Assembly: GCA_965263185.1 (NCBI GenBank)
Contig: OZ253588.1
Span: 1,025,454 to 1,089,453, forward strand
Length of the DNA stretch: 64,000 nucleotides
Reading direction: 5' to 3'
Source: Dehalococcoidia bacterium
GTDB lineage: Bacteria > Chloroflexota > Dehalococcoidia > Lucifugimonadales > UBA2985
Below, one piece after another: positions 9,128 through 18,821 of the stretch. Numbering within the stretch: position 1 is the first letter of the stretch; each line of letters starts with the position of its first letter. The translations under genes were made by a program, and so were the position numbers. The notes below the pieces were generated by a model that worked only from the letters and a program-made list of their open reading frames with translations, was not told where the DNA came from and searched no databases.

Positions 9128-10345
9128 TTACTTCAGCGCATCGACTATCCTTTCTACGTTTGTCCGTACCATGTCCACGTAGGTTGCGGCTTCGCTGTCC
9201 GCAGGGCCCAGGGAGCCGGAGTAGAGCCGGATAAACTTTGCTCCCGTCTCTTCCGCCACTGTGGCTGCCAGGCGTTCGCTGACCATGGTCTCGCCAAAGA
9301 CCGCCGGAGCGCCCTCCTCTTCCACCTCTTCTATCAGCTCCGCCAGATGCTCCGCAGACGGCTCAGTTTCTGTGGTGACGCCCAGAATAACGCCTACCAC
9401 CTCAAACCCGTACCGGTTGGCAAAGTAGCCAAAGCTGTCGTGGGAGGTGAGAAGCAGCCTTCGCTCCTCAGGAACCTGGGCAACCTGCTCCTCCGTCCAT
9501 GCGTGGAGCTGGTCCAGACCGGAGTTGTAGGCCGCGGCGTTGGCGCTGAAGGTGTCGCTGCGGGCCGGGTCCAGGATGGAAAGGCGAGAGGCTATCTCAT
9601 TCACCGCGGTCTTAACGCGTATGGGGTCAAACCAGAAGTGGGGGTCCTCCAAGCCGTGGCCGTGGCCTTCGTGGATTTCCCCGCCTTCGCCGGCAATGGC
9701 TTCTATCTCCTCAATAGCGTCGTCGGTGCCCGTTTGGCCGCCGTCGACTTGGGCCAGCATCGCGCGTATCATTGCGGGCGGTTCGTCCGCGTCCCCATCG
9801 TCCTCGACGTTGGCGAGCAGCTCCCTGACCTCTTCCAGGGCCGCCGCTGGTTCAATCTCGCCCTCCTCCACTTCGTGGACTACGCCGCTTACCGCGTCCA
9901 GCAAGTCCACCTCTCCCGCGTGGCCCTCTGAGAACTCTATGGGGTCTACAAGTTCGCCAAGCTTCACAATGGCCTCCGGGTCTCTCGCAGCGTTCTCCAG
10001 GAGCTCGTGAAGCCAGGACTCCTCCAGTCCCAAGCCAACGCTCAACACCAGGTCTGCGTCTGCGATCCTGGCAATGTCTTTGGCGCCCGGTTGAAAGCTG
10101 TGAGGGTCGGCGCCCGGCGGCGTTATACTGAAGACGTCAACGCTGTCCCTGCCAACGTTCCTGGCCCAGTCGGCCACAATGTTGGACGTGGCAGCCACCT
10201 GAAGGGGCTCAGCCCTCGGGGTGGAAGCGCCCGAAGTTGGCGCGGGGTCTTCTCCCGCGCATGCGGCAACGGCCAAAACGGCGGTAAGGGCAACAGCGTA
10301 TGCCCGGAAGCGAGGCAGGTTTTTGGGAATGTGTCTCAATAACAT
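9128..10345 (-). CDS. znuA: metal ABC transporter substrate-binding lipoprotein (ZnuA/TroA family) with a long acidic/His-containing insert
   Basis: Lipobox LAVAAC. TroA-family blocks: DPHSFQP, DPHFWFDP, SHDSFGYFA. An insert of about 100 aa rich in D/E with HEGHGHG lies between the two lobes (about 9650-9975). Confidence 0.85.
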   Translation of the reverse strand: MLLRHIPKNLPRFRAYAVALTAVLAVAACAGEDPAPTSGASTPRAEPLQVAATSNIVADWARNVGRDSVDVFSITPPGADPHSFQPGAKDIARIADADLVLSVGLGLEESWLHELLENAARDPEAIVKLGELVDPIEFSEGHAGEVDLLDAVSGVVHEVEEGEIEPAAALEEVRELLANVEDDGDADEPPAMIRAMLAQVDGGQTGTDDAIEEIEAIAGEGGEIHEGHGHGLEDPHFWFDPIRVKTAVNEIASRLSILDPARSDTFSANAAAYNSGLDQLHAWTEEQVAQVPEERRLLLTSHDSFGYFANRYGFEVVGVILGVTTETEPSAEHLAELIEEVEEEGAPAVFGETMVSERLAATVAEETGAKFIRLYSGSLGPADSEAATYVDMVRTNVERIVDALK

Positions 10346-10358
10346 TTCAACCTCCTAT

Positions 10359-10388
10359 TGTGAGTGATTGAGATTGAGTATCATCACA
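10359..10388. promoter_or_regulatory. candidate Zur/Fur-type operator upstream of znuA
   Basis: AT-rich imperfect inverted repeat TGTGAGTGAT-TGAGATTGAGT-ATCATCACA lies in the 87-bp spacer between the fur-family gene and znuA. The assignment is by position and symmetry only. Confidence 0.3.
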
Positions 10389-10432
10389 GCTTCAGAAGGC
10401 TCTCGGTTTTTGGTTTCTGGTTCTGGCCCAGC

Positions 10433-10882
10433 CTAGCCGCTCCCGCTGCGTAGGCAGTCGTTGCAGTCTATGTAGAACTCGATGCGGTGCCCAACCACTT
10501 CGCCCTGAATGTCGTCTCCAATTGCCCGCAGGAACCGCTCCACGGTTGCGGCCCGGAACTCGCCAACGGCTCCGCACTTGACGCACACGGTGTGGTGGTG
10601 GTGCTCAACGCGGGACAGGCTGTACACTGGGGCGCCGTTAGCCAGAGCCAGCTTGCAGATGACGCCCGCTCCCAGGAGCAGCTTTATGGTCCTGTAGACC
10701 GTTGCCCTCCCCACGGCGGGCAGCGCTTCGCTGATCTCCTCCACGGTGAAGCCTCCATGCTTCCCTTCCAGGAGGCCGATGATAGCCTGCCGGGGAGCGG
10801 TGGAGCGATACCCATTGTCCTCCAGCACGGCCATAAGGTTGGGGCGGGTGGCTTGAAGCTCGCTCATAATACTTGGTCTCAA
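10433..10882 (-). CDS. zur: Fur-family metalloregulator (probable Zur)
   Basis: Winged-helix block RATVYRTIKLL, HHHH + CxxC (HHHHTVCVKCG) and C-terminal CNDC, typical of the Fur family. It heads a znuACB operon. Alternative start at M6 (10867). Confidence 0.85.
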   Translation of the reverse strand: MRPSIMSELQATRPNLMAVLEDNGYRSTAPRQAIIGLLEGKHGGFTVEEISEALPAVGRATVYRTIKLLLGAGVICKLALANGAPVYSLSRVEHHHHTVCVKCGAVGEFRAATVERFLRAIGDDIQGEVVGHRIEFYIDCNDCLRSGSG

Positions 10883-11031
10883 TAACCTGCAGGCAGATAT
10901 ACGACAGGGGCGGAGTGAATTTGAGACATAGTCTACAATCCGTATGGCTGCTTGTCAACAGGCTGACGGAGCGACTTCCCAACTGTCGTTGCCATGAAAA
11001 CAGACGCTTTACGGGGTTGTCGACCCTTTTC

Positions 11032-11288
11032 CCGCTCATGTGGTTCGACAGGCGCGCCCACGAGTGGGGGAAGGAACTCGGCTGGCCATGAGTGGGGGCA
11101 ACCAACCACCGTCATTCCCGCGGATCCAGAGGGGAGAGGCGGCGGTGGGGCCGCGCGGGTGTTACAGGAGACGCCGCGCAATGCAATAAGGAGCGGTAGG
11201 CCCCTCGGGGTGGTTACTTGGGAGCGCGGCCTCAGGTATTAAGGGTATACCATTCCTGCGGAAGCAGGAATCCAGGGCTGGGGCGGCG
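11032..11288. repeat. REP-like intergenic repeat cluster
   Basis: ccgctcatgtggttcgacaggcgcgcccacgagtggggga (11032-11071), a degenerate gtcattcccgcg unit (about 11109), and cattcctgcggaagcaggaatccagggctggggcgg (11251-11286), which forms an 8-bp hairpin. Confidence 0.7.
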
Positions 11289-11483
11289 CTCACCCTGCGT
11301 CAGCCGTTGATGCCAACAGGCCGGAGAGGGAAGGCGCGCCCCCGCAACTCCTCATATGGCAGATCCTAAGGTTTCCCGATTTTGCTGGTTGCTAACGATC
11401 GACCGGATACGCCAATTCCGGCCAGCGTGCAGGGGACGTCAGCAAGCGCTGCCAACTGAGGTGACTATAAAGAGCCTTTGGTA

Positions 11484-11514
11484 GAAGCAAGCCCCCACTG
11501 GGAGCTTGCTCTTC
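11484..11514 (-). terminator. candidate hairpin terminator after the 448-aa ORF
   Basis: gaagcaagc-N11-gcttgctcttc stem-loop lies 13 nt beyond the stop at 11527. The T-tract is weak. Confidence 0.3.
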
Positions 11515-11526
11515 GGGAGAGTAGAT

Positions 11527-12873
11527 TCAGCATGAGAGGCCGGATGATTCCTCCCAAAATGAACTGCCTTCCTGCTGTCTTGATTCCGCCGCTAGAGCGT
11601 AGCCCTTCAGAATCTCCGCTACCTTCGTGATCTTCTCTTTCTTAATCTGTGTGATCATCAGAAAGACGAAGTCGGCGAGGAATATGGAGTTGAGGCTGCT
11701 CTTTTCTGATGCGTAAGGAACCAACCCGTGGACCGTCGCGTGCCGGTTCGGGATAGGACTTTCTGCGAACTTACTCCGGTCGTTCTCGTCGTCTATATGC
11801 TCGTACAGGTGTTTTTCCAAGGTCTCGTATTCCATTGTGCCAGATGTTAGGTCGTGAAACGAAGATATTGGTAGGTCGTCTACTTTGCTTAGTATCGTTT
11901 CCTTGATGTTGAGTCCACGGTCTACGATTTTTCCGTGCAGTTGCACTCTGGTCGCTCTCTCTATTTCGGCCACCATGGCGCGGGGCACTAGGCGGTACAA
12001 GCCTAGCTCGTGGGCTGAGAGGGCCTGATTCATAGTCTCCTTTGAATCTTGGTCTACGAGGTATCTGCTCGTGGCCAGTTCGATGTCCTTGCGGAATTCA
12101 GTCCATCGCTCCTTGTAATGGGTCATTATTGCCTCGTCCAGGTCTTCTTCGGTGGCATCCTCCAGCACGATTGTTGGCAGGGTGTGATGAATTACCCACC
12201 CAGGTTTCGCCGCCATACGTGCTTTCGTATGAACGAGGGGCGGAAAGGGCCTTAGAATTGGTTCTAGGATTGACTGGAGGTTTTGGCTTATTTCAAGGGA
12301 GAGATTTGGGAACTGCAGTTGATACAGAATCGGTGGTAGAGAATCGAGCACGCTGAGGCTCCTCGTTAATTCTTGGGTGATTCCTCCGAACAGTGTTGGG
12401 AATGCGTCGGCGATGTCGAACCGTAAAGAATCAAAAAGGCGTAGGTTTACGAGCGGCTGAATCAGCGAACCCGAGATTCTTAACCTCGGAAGATCAAAGG
12501 TCTGGATATTTGGTAGCAGTCTGATTCCCTCTAGAGGGGACAACCTGAGATCCGTCTTACGTCCAAGGGTGAAGTCTTCACTTTCGGGGAGCGAACAATC
12601 CGCCGGTGCCTCATCCGGGTTGGCTTCAGTCTCCCCTTCGCGGTCAACCGGTTCCTCTTGGATACCCCAAGGACCACTTCGGCATTCTTCGACCTTGACT
12701 TCGTCGGTTCCAGTGGCCTGGGCTTCGTTGTTCGTGTCTGCTTTCAACTCTCTGGATTTACCCCTTGCAGTTGGATGCATCTGATCTGACCCGATAATTG
12801 TACTACCTGATATCTTATATGAACAAGCGTTTGGTCTTGTCCCATTTTCGGTACCAGTCTGAGTGCAGGTCAA
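11527..12873 (-). CDS. hypothetical protein: acidic disordered N-terminus and helical C-terminal domain with an Rx4H (HEPN-like) motif
   Basis: 448-aa ORF in an AT-richer islet between repeats and nuoN. No family recognised. NRHATVHG is encoded at 11728-11748. Confidence 0.6.
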   Translation of the reverse strand: MTCTQTGTENGTRPNACSYKISGSTIIGSDQMHPTARGKSRELKADTNNEAQATGTDEVKVEECRSGPWGIQEEPVDREGETEANPDEAPADCSLPESEDFTLGRKTDLRLSPLEGIRLLPNIQTFDLPRLRISGSLIQPLVNLRLFDSLRFDIADAFPTLFGGITQELTRSLSVLDSLPPILYQLQFPNLSLEISQNLQSILEPILRPFPPLVHTKARMAAKPGWVIHHTLPTIVLEDATEEDLDEAIMTHYKERWTEFRKDIELATSRYLVDQDSKETMNQALSAHELGLYRLVPRAMVAEIERATRVQLHGKIVDRGLNIKETILSKVDDLPISSFHDLTSGTMEYETLEKHLYEHIDDENDRSKFAESPIPNRHATVHGLVPYASEKSSLNSIFLADFVFLMITQIKKEKITKVAEILKGYALAAESRQQEGSSFWEESSGLSC

Positions 12874-13130
12874 TCCACTTGTGAAGACTCGAACCAGTAG
12901 ACCAGCCTATACAAGGCTAGCTGGCTGGTCCAGATTGGTGCAGAAATTAGGAAATACGACCGATTCCGCTTGCTGCCTCCAAATCGACGGCCCACGAGTA
13001 CCGGAGTTATTGGTGTCGATTGGGAAATATGTATGGACAGGCCCACCACGGGCGGGGAAGGTAATTCTGTGCGTCCCCCATATCAAGTGCGGGGCTAGGC
13101 TACGGGCGGGAGGAGCGTGGCCCTCACGGG

Positions 13131-14564
13131 CTAGGGCAGTATAACCTTGGTGGCGGCCTCAATCGCGCCGACCAGCGGCCCAGGATATATGCCTACGATG
13201 ATAATCCCCGCGAGCATCGCGCCCAGGACGCCCCGGTTGAGCATCGACACGCTCAAGGGAGAGCTCTCGGCGGCGGGCATCATGTACATCTGCTTCATCA
13301 CCATCATGTAGTAGTACAGCGATATGAGGCTGTTGACCATCGCCAGCCCCACCAGCCACAGCAGCCCCCCCTGGGCTGCGGCGGTGAACAGGTAGAACTT
13401 GGTGGTGAATCCTGCGAAGAAGGGAAGCCCCGCCAGGGAGAAGAGGGATGCGGTCAGTACCATCGCCACAAAGGGGGACCTGTGGGCCAGGCCGGCGAAA
13501 TCGGATATATCCTCCTTGTTGGTGGCGTTGTAGAAGACAATCACGCAGAGGAAAACGGCCAGGTTGGTGATCCCGTACCCAACCAGGTGAAGGATAACCC
13601 CGGTGGATGCCAGGGGCGATATGGCCGCCACTCCCATCAGCAGGTATCCCACCTGCCCTACGCTGGAGTAGGCCAACATTCGCTTGATGTTGTGCTGGGC
13701 CAGGGCAACCAGGTTCCCCACCGTCATGGTGAAAGCCGCCAGAACCACCAGGATGACCTGCCAGTCGTCAAAGGCGGGCATGAAGGCCTGGGTGAAGAGC
13801 CTCAGGATAAGCGCGAAGGCGGCGGCCTTGGATCCCACCGCCAGGTAGGCGGTGATCGGCGTAGGAGCGCCTTCGTACACGTCGGGCGCCCACATGTGAA
13901 AGGGAACCGCCGCCACCTTGAACCCCAACCCGGCTATGATGAGGGCCAGGCCCACCATCACCGCGGGGTTCAGCGGCGCAGGATCCATGAGGAGAGCAGC
14001 GTGGATCTCATCGAAGCGCGTTGTGCCCAGCATACCGTAAATCTGGCTGATCCCGTAGAGAAGCAGCGCGGAGGCAAAGGCTCCCAGCAGAATGTACTTG
14101 ACCCCGGCCTCGCTGGGCTTGAGGCCGTGCCTGCCGTAGGAGACCAGGACGTACAGGCTGAAGCTCAAAAGCTCCAGGGAGATGTAGGCCGTCAACAGCT
14201 CCCCGGAGGCGGCCATGAGCATCATCGCCAGAATGGAGAAGAGCAGTATGCCGTAGTACTCTCCGGGACGGCTCAAATGCTTCTTCACGTACTCCACCGA
14301 TGTGAGCACCACCAGCATCCCCATGACCAGGAAGAAGGCCTTGAAGAAGAGGGAGAAGTTGTCTATCAGGAAGAGGCCGTCGTAGAGGTCCGCTTTCTTG
14401 CCCCACAGATACCACAGAGAGAGGACAAGCACCCCCACCAGCCCCGCCAGGCTCAGCGCCGGCAGGTAGCCCTTTCTCTCCCTCGGCAGAAAGAGGTCCA
14501 CGCCAAGGACGCCAAAGGCCACCGCGGTCAGCGTGAACTCGGGGGAGAACAGCCAGAAGTTCAT
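13131..14564 (-). CDS. nuoN: NADH-quinone oxidoreductase subunit N
   Basis: Polytopic ND2-type protein. FHMWAPDVYEGAPTPITAYL block. Last gene of the nuo operon. Confidence 0.9.
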   Translation of the reverse strand: MNFWLFSPEFTLTAVAFGVLGVDLFLPRERKGYLPALSLAGLVGVLVLSLWYLWGKKADLYDGLFLIDNFSLFFKAFFLVMGMLVVLTSVEYVKKHLSRPGEYYGILLFSILAMMLMAASGELLTAYISLELLSFSLYVLVSYGRHGLKPSEAGVKYILLGAFASALLLYGISQIYGMLGTTRFDEIHAALLMDPAPLNPAVMVGLALIIAGLGFKVAAVPFHMWAPDVYEGAPTPITAYLAVGSKAAAFALILRLFTQAFMPAFDDWQVILVVLAAFTMTVGNLVALAQHNIKRMLAYSSVGQVGYLLMGVAAISPLASTGVILHLVGYGITNLAVFLCVIVFYNATNKEDISDFAGLAHRSPFVAMVLTASLFSLAGLPFFAGFTTKFYLFTAAAQGGLLWLVGLAMVNSLISLYYYMMVMKQMYMMPAAESSPLSVSMLNRGVLGAMLAGIIIVGIYPGPLVGAIEAATKVILP

Positions 14565-16063
14565 TACAGACCCGCCACCCTGGCAAGAATGGGCGCTACG
14601 CCGCTATCGATCATGTCCATCCACGGCTTGGGGTACAACCCCACCACCACAAGGAAGAGAACCAGCACTGCCGCGGAGAACCCCTCCAGGCGCTTAAGAT
14701 CCGGCAGTCGCTCCCATCGAGGGTCCAGCGGGCCGAAGAAGACCTTTGCCAGGAGCCTGAGGATGTAGACCGCCGTGATGGCCGCTCCTATGACTCCCAG
14801 GATACCCAGCAGTGGATAGTCTCGGAAGACGCCAATGAACACCATGAGCTCCGCAACGAATCCGCTCAGCCCAGGCAGCCCCAGAGACGCGAGTCCCGCC
14901 ACGGCGAAGAAGGCGGCCGTCAGCCCCATGCGCTTGGTCAAACCCTCCAACACCCATATGTCCCGGACGTGAGTGCGGTCGTATATCGCCCCTACAAGGG
15001 CAAAGAAGAGGGCCGTCATAATGCCGTGAGAGAACATCTGCAGGACGGCGCCGCCCACTCCCACGGCGTTCAGGGTGGCGAAGCCCATGAGGACGTAACC
15101 CATGTGGCTAACGCTGGAGTAGCCGACAACGTACTTCAGGTCCCGCTGTCCCATGGCGGACACGGCGCCGTAGATGACGTTGACCGTGCCCAGAATGATA
15201 AGTACGGGCATCCAGTCCGCCGCTCCCTGGGGCAGCAGGTCGATCCCGACCCGGATGATGCCATAGGCTCCCAGCTTCATAAGCACCCCTGCGTGGAGCA
15301 TACTCACCGCGGTGGGCGCGGCCACATGGCCGTCCGGAGACCACGTATGGAACGGCCACAGGCCCGCCAGGATGCCGAAGCCTATCATAAACATGGGGAA
15401 GAACAGGCGCTGGAAGTCATCGGAGAAGGTCACGTCCCTCAGCATAACCAGCGAGAAGCTCCCGATACCGCCCTCCACGAACACCGCAATGAGGGCCACC
15501 CACACCAGGACGCTGCCGGCCACCAGGTACAGCATCAGCTTCATGGCCCCGTACTCCTTTGGCCTCAGGAAGGAGCCAAAGTCGCTGCTGCTTCCCCATA
15601 CGCCTATGAGCAGGTACATCGGCATAACCGCCATCTCGTAGAAGAAGAAGAAAAAGAAAAGGTCCAGGGATACGAACACCCCGAAGACCCCGGCCACCAG
15701 CAGGAAGAACAGGACGAAGAACTCCTTGGCGCGGTTCTCCACACTCCACGATACGAGGACGCCGGTGAGAGTCACCACGCCGGTCAGGAGTATCATGGGC
15801 ACGGATATGCCGTCCGCCCCAAGGGAGAAAACGACGCCCAGAGAGTCCAGCCACTGCACGTCCCGGACGAACTGATACCCGCCCGCATCGTTGTCATACG
15901 CCAGGAATACGTAGGCAGAGAGGCCCAGCAGCGCCACGGCCACCGCGGCTGAGGTGAGCCTGATGTGATGGAGCCTCTCCCCCGGCAGGAAGGCCAGAAG
16001 TACACCCCACACAAAGGGGATCGCCACCAGGGCCGTAAGCACGTATGAGTCCAGGGTATTCAC
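14564..16063 (-). CDS. nuoM: NADH-quinone oxidoreductase subunit M
   Basis: ND4-type: WPFHTWSPDGHVAAPTAVSMLHAGVLMKLGAYG. Confidence 0.9.
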   Translation of the reverse strand: MNTLDSYVLTALVAIPFVWGVLLAFLPGERLHHIRLTSAAVAVALLGLSAYVFLAYDNDAGGYQFVRDVQWLDSLGVVFSLGADGISVPMILLTGVVTLTGVLVSWSVENRAKEFFVLFFLLVAGVFGVFVSLDLFFFFFFYEMAVMPMYLLIGVWGSSSDFGSFLRPKEYGAMKLMLYLVAGSVLVWVALIAVFVEGGIGSFSLVMLRDVTFSDDFQRLFFPMFMIGFGILAGLWPFHTWSPDGHVAAPTAVSMLHAGVLMKLGAYGIIRVGIDLLPQGAADWMPVLIILGTVNVIYGAVSAMGQRDLKYVVGYSSVSHMGYVLMGFATLNAVGVGGAVLQMFSHGIMTALFFALVGAIYDRTHVRDIWVLEGLTKRMGLTAAFFAVAGLASLGLPGLSGFVAELMVFIGVFRDYPLLGILGVIGAAITAVYILRLLAKVFFGPLDPRWERLPDLKRLEGFSAAVLVLFLVVVGLYPKPWMDMIDSGVAPILARVAGL

Positions 16064-16115
16064 CTCTTACCTATTCGCTCCGCTCTCTCATTGTCGTGTC
16101 CATTTGTGTCTTTCC

Positions 16116-18014
16116 TCACACCAGTGGCAGCGCGACCCACCATATCAACGCCACCACCACCGTTCCAACCGCCATCCACAGAGCGTAGTTGTACACCTTG
16201 CCCGTCTCCAGGTATCGCAGCCTCAATCCGGAGAGGAGCACCGAGCGGCCCGTTCCGTTCACACCCGTATCGTTCAACACAATGCGGTCGAATAGGGCCA
16301 CGAAATCGGCGAACCTCCGCGCAACCCGATCGATGCCCCACTGGTACAGGTCGTCTATGTAGAGCTTGTTGACCAGTACCCTATGCAGGCCGGCAAACCG
16401 CTCCCGCACACGCTCCACCGAAAGCAACCGCCTTGAGTACAGTGCCCAGCCGAGGGCGAACCCTCCAACGGAGAGGGCTACGGATATTGCCATAACGAAT
16501 ACATTTACCTTGTAATGGTGAGGCTCCTCGAAGAACAGCCATGCGCCGAACCCGTCGTAGCCGGGGAACAGGCCGGGGGCCAGCAGCCCTGCGCCAAGGG
16601 CCAGGACGGCCAGGGCTGCCAGGGGCAACGTCATCACCAACGGGGACTCGTGGGCGTGCTCATTCTCCGGCTTCAGGTCGCCCAGCACAACCAGGAACAG
16701 CAGCCGGGCCATGTACAGTGCGCTCAGCAGAGCGGCGACAAGGACCAGTACGAAGAACACAGGCCCCCTCCCGTCCAGCACGGCCACCAGCACCTCATCC
16801 TTGCTGAAGAACCCGCTCAGAGGGGGTATGCCTCCCAGGGCCAGCAGCCCTATGCCGAAGGTAACCGAGGTCACCGGCATCCGCTTCCACAGCCCGCCCA
16901 TCTCACGTATGTCCCTCTTGTCATCGGTGCCGTGGGCTATGCTCCCGGCTCCAAGGAAGAGGAGGGCCTTGGCAAAGGCATGGGCCACCAGGTGGAACAT
17001 GGCCGCGGTGAACCCGAACGACCCGAGGGTCAGCATCATAAGCCCCAGGTGGCTTATGGTGGAGTAGGCCAGCACCCTTTTGAGGTCCGTCATCACCAAG
17101 GCCATAGCCGCCGTAACCAGGGCCGTGACAAGGCCTATCACAGCCACTGTCATCATGGCCGTATCCGACATGACGAACATTGGGAATAGGCGCGCCACCA
17201 GGAACACGCCGGCAACCACCATCGTTGCCGCGTGGATCAGGGCGCTGACCGGCGTGGGGCCTTCCATCGCGTCCGGCAGCCAGACGTGCAGGGGAAACTG
17301 GGCCGACTTGCCCATCGCCCCCATGAAGATGAGCAGGATGGACGTGGTCAGCGTCCCGGAGCTTATGCCGCCCTGCTCCGCTATGTGGAAGATGGCGGAG
17401 ATGTCGAAGGTGCCCGTCTCGTTGAACAGCAACAGGATCCCTATTAGCAGGCCCACGTCGCCTATCCTGGTGGTGATAAAGGCTTTCTTGGCCGCCTCAG
17501 CCGCCGAGCGCCTCTCATACCAGAACCCTATGAGCAGATAGGAGCACACCCCTACCAGTTCCCAGGCTATGTAGAGGAGAAGGAGGTTGTCGGCCAGAAC
17601 CAGGGCCAGCATGGAGGCGGCGAAGAGGGAGTGGACGGCGAAGTACCAGCCAAAGGCCGGCTCACCCTTCATGTAGCCCAGAGAGTACACCTGCACCATC
17701 AGGGCCACAAATGTTACCAGGCCAAGCATTACCACCGATAGCTCATCGATCATTATCCCCCAGGTGAATGTGCTCCCTCCCACGGTGAACCAGTCCACCG
17801 AGAACACGCCCCCCCCCGAGGACAGGAACTCGCTGAGCACGTACCAGAAGACGCCAAACCCCGCCAGGATAGCCAGAGGGGCGAGGAAGGCTCCCCGCCA
17901 CGGAAGGAACCGGCCAAGGAGTACGATAGCCAGAAAGGCAGAGACGCAGAGGGCGGGCGCAAGCCACGCCGACTCGACTCCTGAGATCATCACCGTATCT
18001 GCCTGAAGAAGCAT
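16116..18014 (-). CDS. nuoL: NADH-quinone oxidoreductase subunit L
   Basis: ND5-type: SAQFPLHVWLPDAMEGPTPVSALIHAATMVVAGVFL. 632 aa with a C-terminal lateral-helix region. Confidence 0.9.
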   Translation of the reverse strand: MLLQADTVMISGVESAWLAPALCVSAFLAIVLLGRFLPWRGAFLAPLAILAGFGVFWYVLSEFLSSGGGVFSVDWFTVGGSTFTWGIMIDELSVVMLGLVTFVALMVQVYSLGYMKGEPAFGWYFAVHSLFAASMLALVLADNLLLLYIAWELVGVCSYLLIGFWYERRSAAEAAKKAFITTRIGDVGLLIGILLLFNETGTFDISAIFHIAEQGGISSGTLTTSILLIFMGAMGKSAQFPLHVWLPDAMEGPTPVSALIHAATMVVAGVFLVARLFPMFVMSDTAMMTVAVIGLVTALVTAAMALVMTDLKRVLAYSTISHLGLMMLTLGSFGFTAAMFHLVAHAFAKALLFLGAGSIAHGTDDKRDIREMGGLWKRMPVTSVTFGIGLLALGGIPPLSGFFSKDEVLVAVLDGRGPVFFVLVLVAALLSALYMARLLFLVVLGDLKPENEHAHESPLVMTLPLAALAVLALGAGLLAPGLFPGYDGFGAWLFFEEPHHYKVNVFVMAISVALSVGGFALGWALYSRRLLSVERVRERFAGLHRVLVNKLYIDDLYQWGIDRVARRFADFVALFDRIVLNDTGVNGTGRSVLLSGLRLRYLETGKVYNYALWMAVGTVVVALIWWVALPLV

Positions 18015-18027
18015 GTTTAACGGATAG

Positions 18028-18333
18028 CTACCACTTCATGAGGTCCGCCTCGTCCACGTCCACCGAGGCGCGGTCCCTGAATAACCGCAGGATTATCGCC
18101 ATCGCCAGGCCCACCTCCGCCGCCGCCACGGTGATGACGAATATGGCGATGACCTGGCCGGTGGCCTGCGCCCGCTCGCCGTACGCGGCAAAGGCTATTA
18201 GGTTTACGTTGACTGCGTTGAGCATGAGCTCCAGCGACAGCAGTATGAGCACCGCGCTGCGCCGCGCAAGCACGCCGTATACGCCAATGGAGAACAGGGC
18301 CGCGCTGAGCAGCTGGAAGTGGAGGAGGCTCAC
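18028..18333 (-). CDS. nuoK: NADH-quinone oxidoreductase subunit K
   Basis: 101-aa, 3-TM ND4L-type protein (LSLELMLNAVN) in operon position. Confidence 0.9.
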   Translation of the reverse strand: MSLLHFQLLSAALFSIGVYGVLARRSAVLILLSLELMLNAVNVNLIAFAAYGERAQATGQVIAIFVITVAAAEVGLAMAIILRLFRDRASVDVDEADLMKW

Positions 18334-18821
18334 TCTTCCTCCCTTTCCCTGGCTATGAGTATGGCCCCAATGAGGGCCACAAGCAGCACCAGGGACGCCA
18401 CCTCAAAAGGGACGGCCCACTGAGTGAAGAGGCTCTCCCCCAACTCTTCAAAGCTCACGGAGCTGCGAGTGGTCTCGGAGGGAGCGCCCCTGACCATAGC
18501 CACCGCAAGAAGCGCAAACATCCCCAGGGCTGTCAAAGCAGCTAGGGGCCACTGCGGGTTGTCCCTGATACCCCGGAACTCCTGAACGCGGGTGAGCATT
18601 ATGACGAACAGAATGACTATGGTGATGGCCCCTCCGTAGATGAGCACCTGCACCAGGGCCAGAAACTCCGCCAGAAGAAGCAGGTACAGCCCGGCGATTC
18701 CCACCAGGGACACCAGCAGCAGAAAGGCCGCGTGTACCACGTTGCGAGCCACCACCACGCCTACAGCGCCCCCCAGGCACACGAAGCCCAGAAGATAGAA
18801 CACCGCCAGGGAGAGGCTCAA
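18330..18821 (-). CDS. nuoJ: NADH-quinone oxidoreductase subunit J
   Basis: ND6-type 163-aa membrane protein with 4-nt overlaps to its neighbours. Confidence 0.85.
   Translation of the reverse strand: MSLSLAVFYLLGFVCLGGAVGVVVARNVVHAAFLLLVSLVGIAGLYLLLLAEFLALVQVLIYGGAITIVILFVIMLTRVQEFRGIRDNPQWPLAALTALGMFALLAVAMVRGAPSETTRSSVSFEELGESLFTQWAVPFEVASLVLLVALIGAILIAREREEE

Noticed and set aside
11374-11396. A 23-nt motif, tcccgattttgctggttgctaac, also at 40741-40763 (21/23 identical). In both places it lies about 130 nt beyond the 3' end of an island gene. It was considered as an att-like island border.
   Set aside because: This is a single short match with no extended flanking similarity and no recombinase nearby. 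By a rough estimate, a 21/23 match in a 64-kb window searched on both strands is not far from chance expectation.
13482-14768. 428-aa ORF on the plus strand. Similar long ORFs lie at 14969-15952, 16515-17189 and 19179-19877.
   Set aside because: They lie exactly antisense to nuoN/M/L/H. Their translations are low-complexity (H/Q/G/R/E-rich) with no motifs. These are typical shadow ORFs of GC-rich membrane-protein genes.
15636-15662. Purine-rich run gaagaagaagaaaaagaaaagg in nuoM, encoding FFFFFF. It was considered as a slippage or frameshift site.
   Set aside because: The reading frame is continuous and the Phe run lies within a TM helix of an otherwise intact NuoM.
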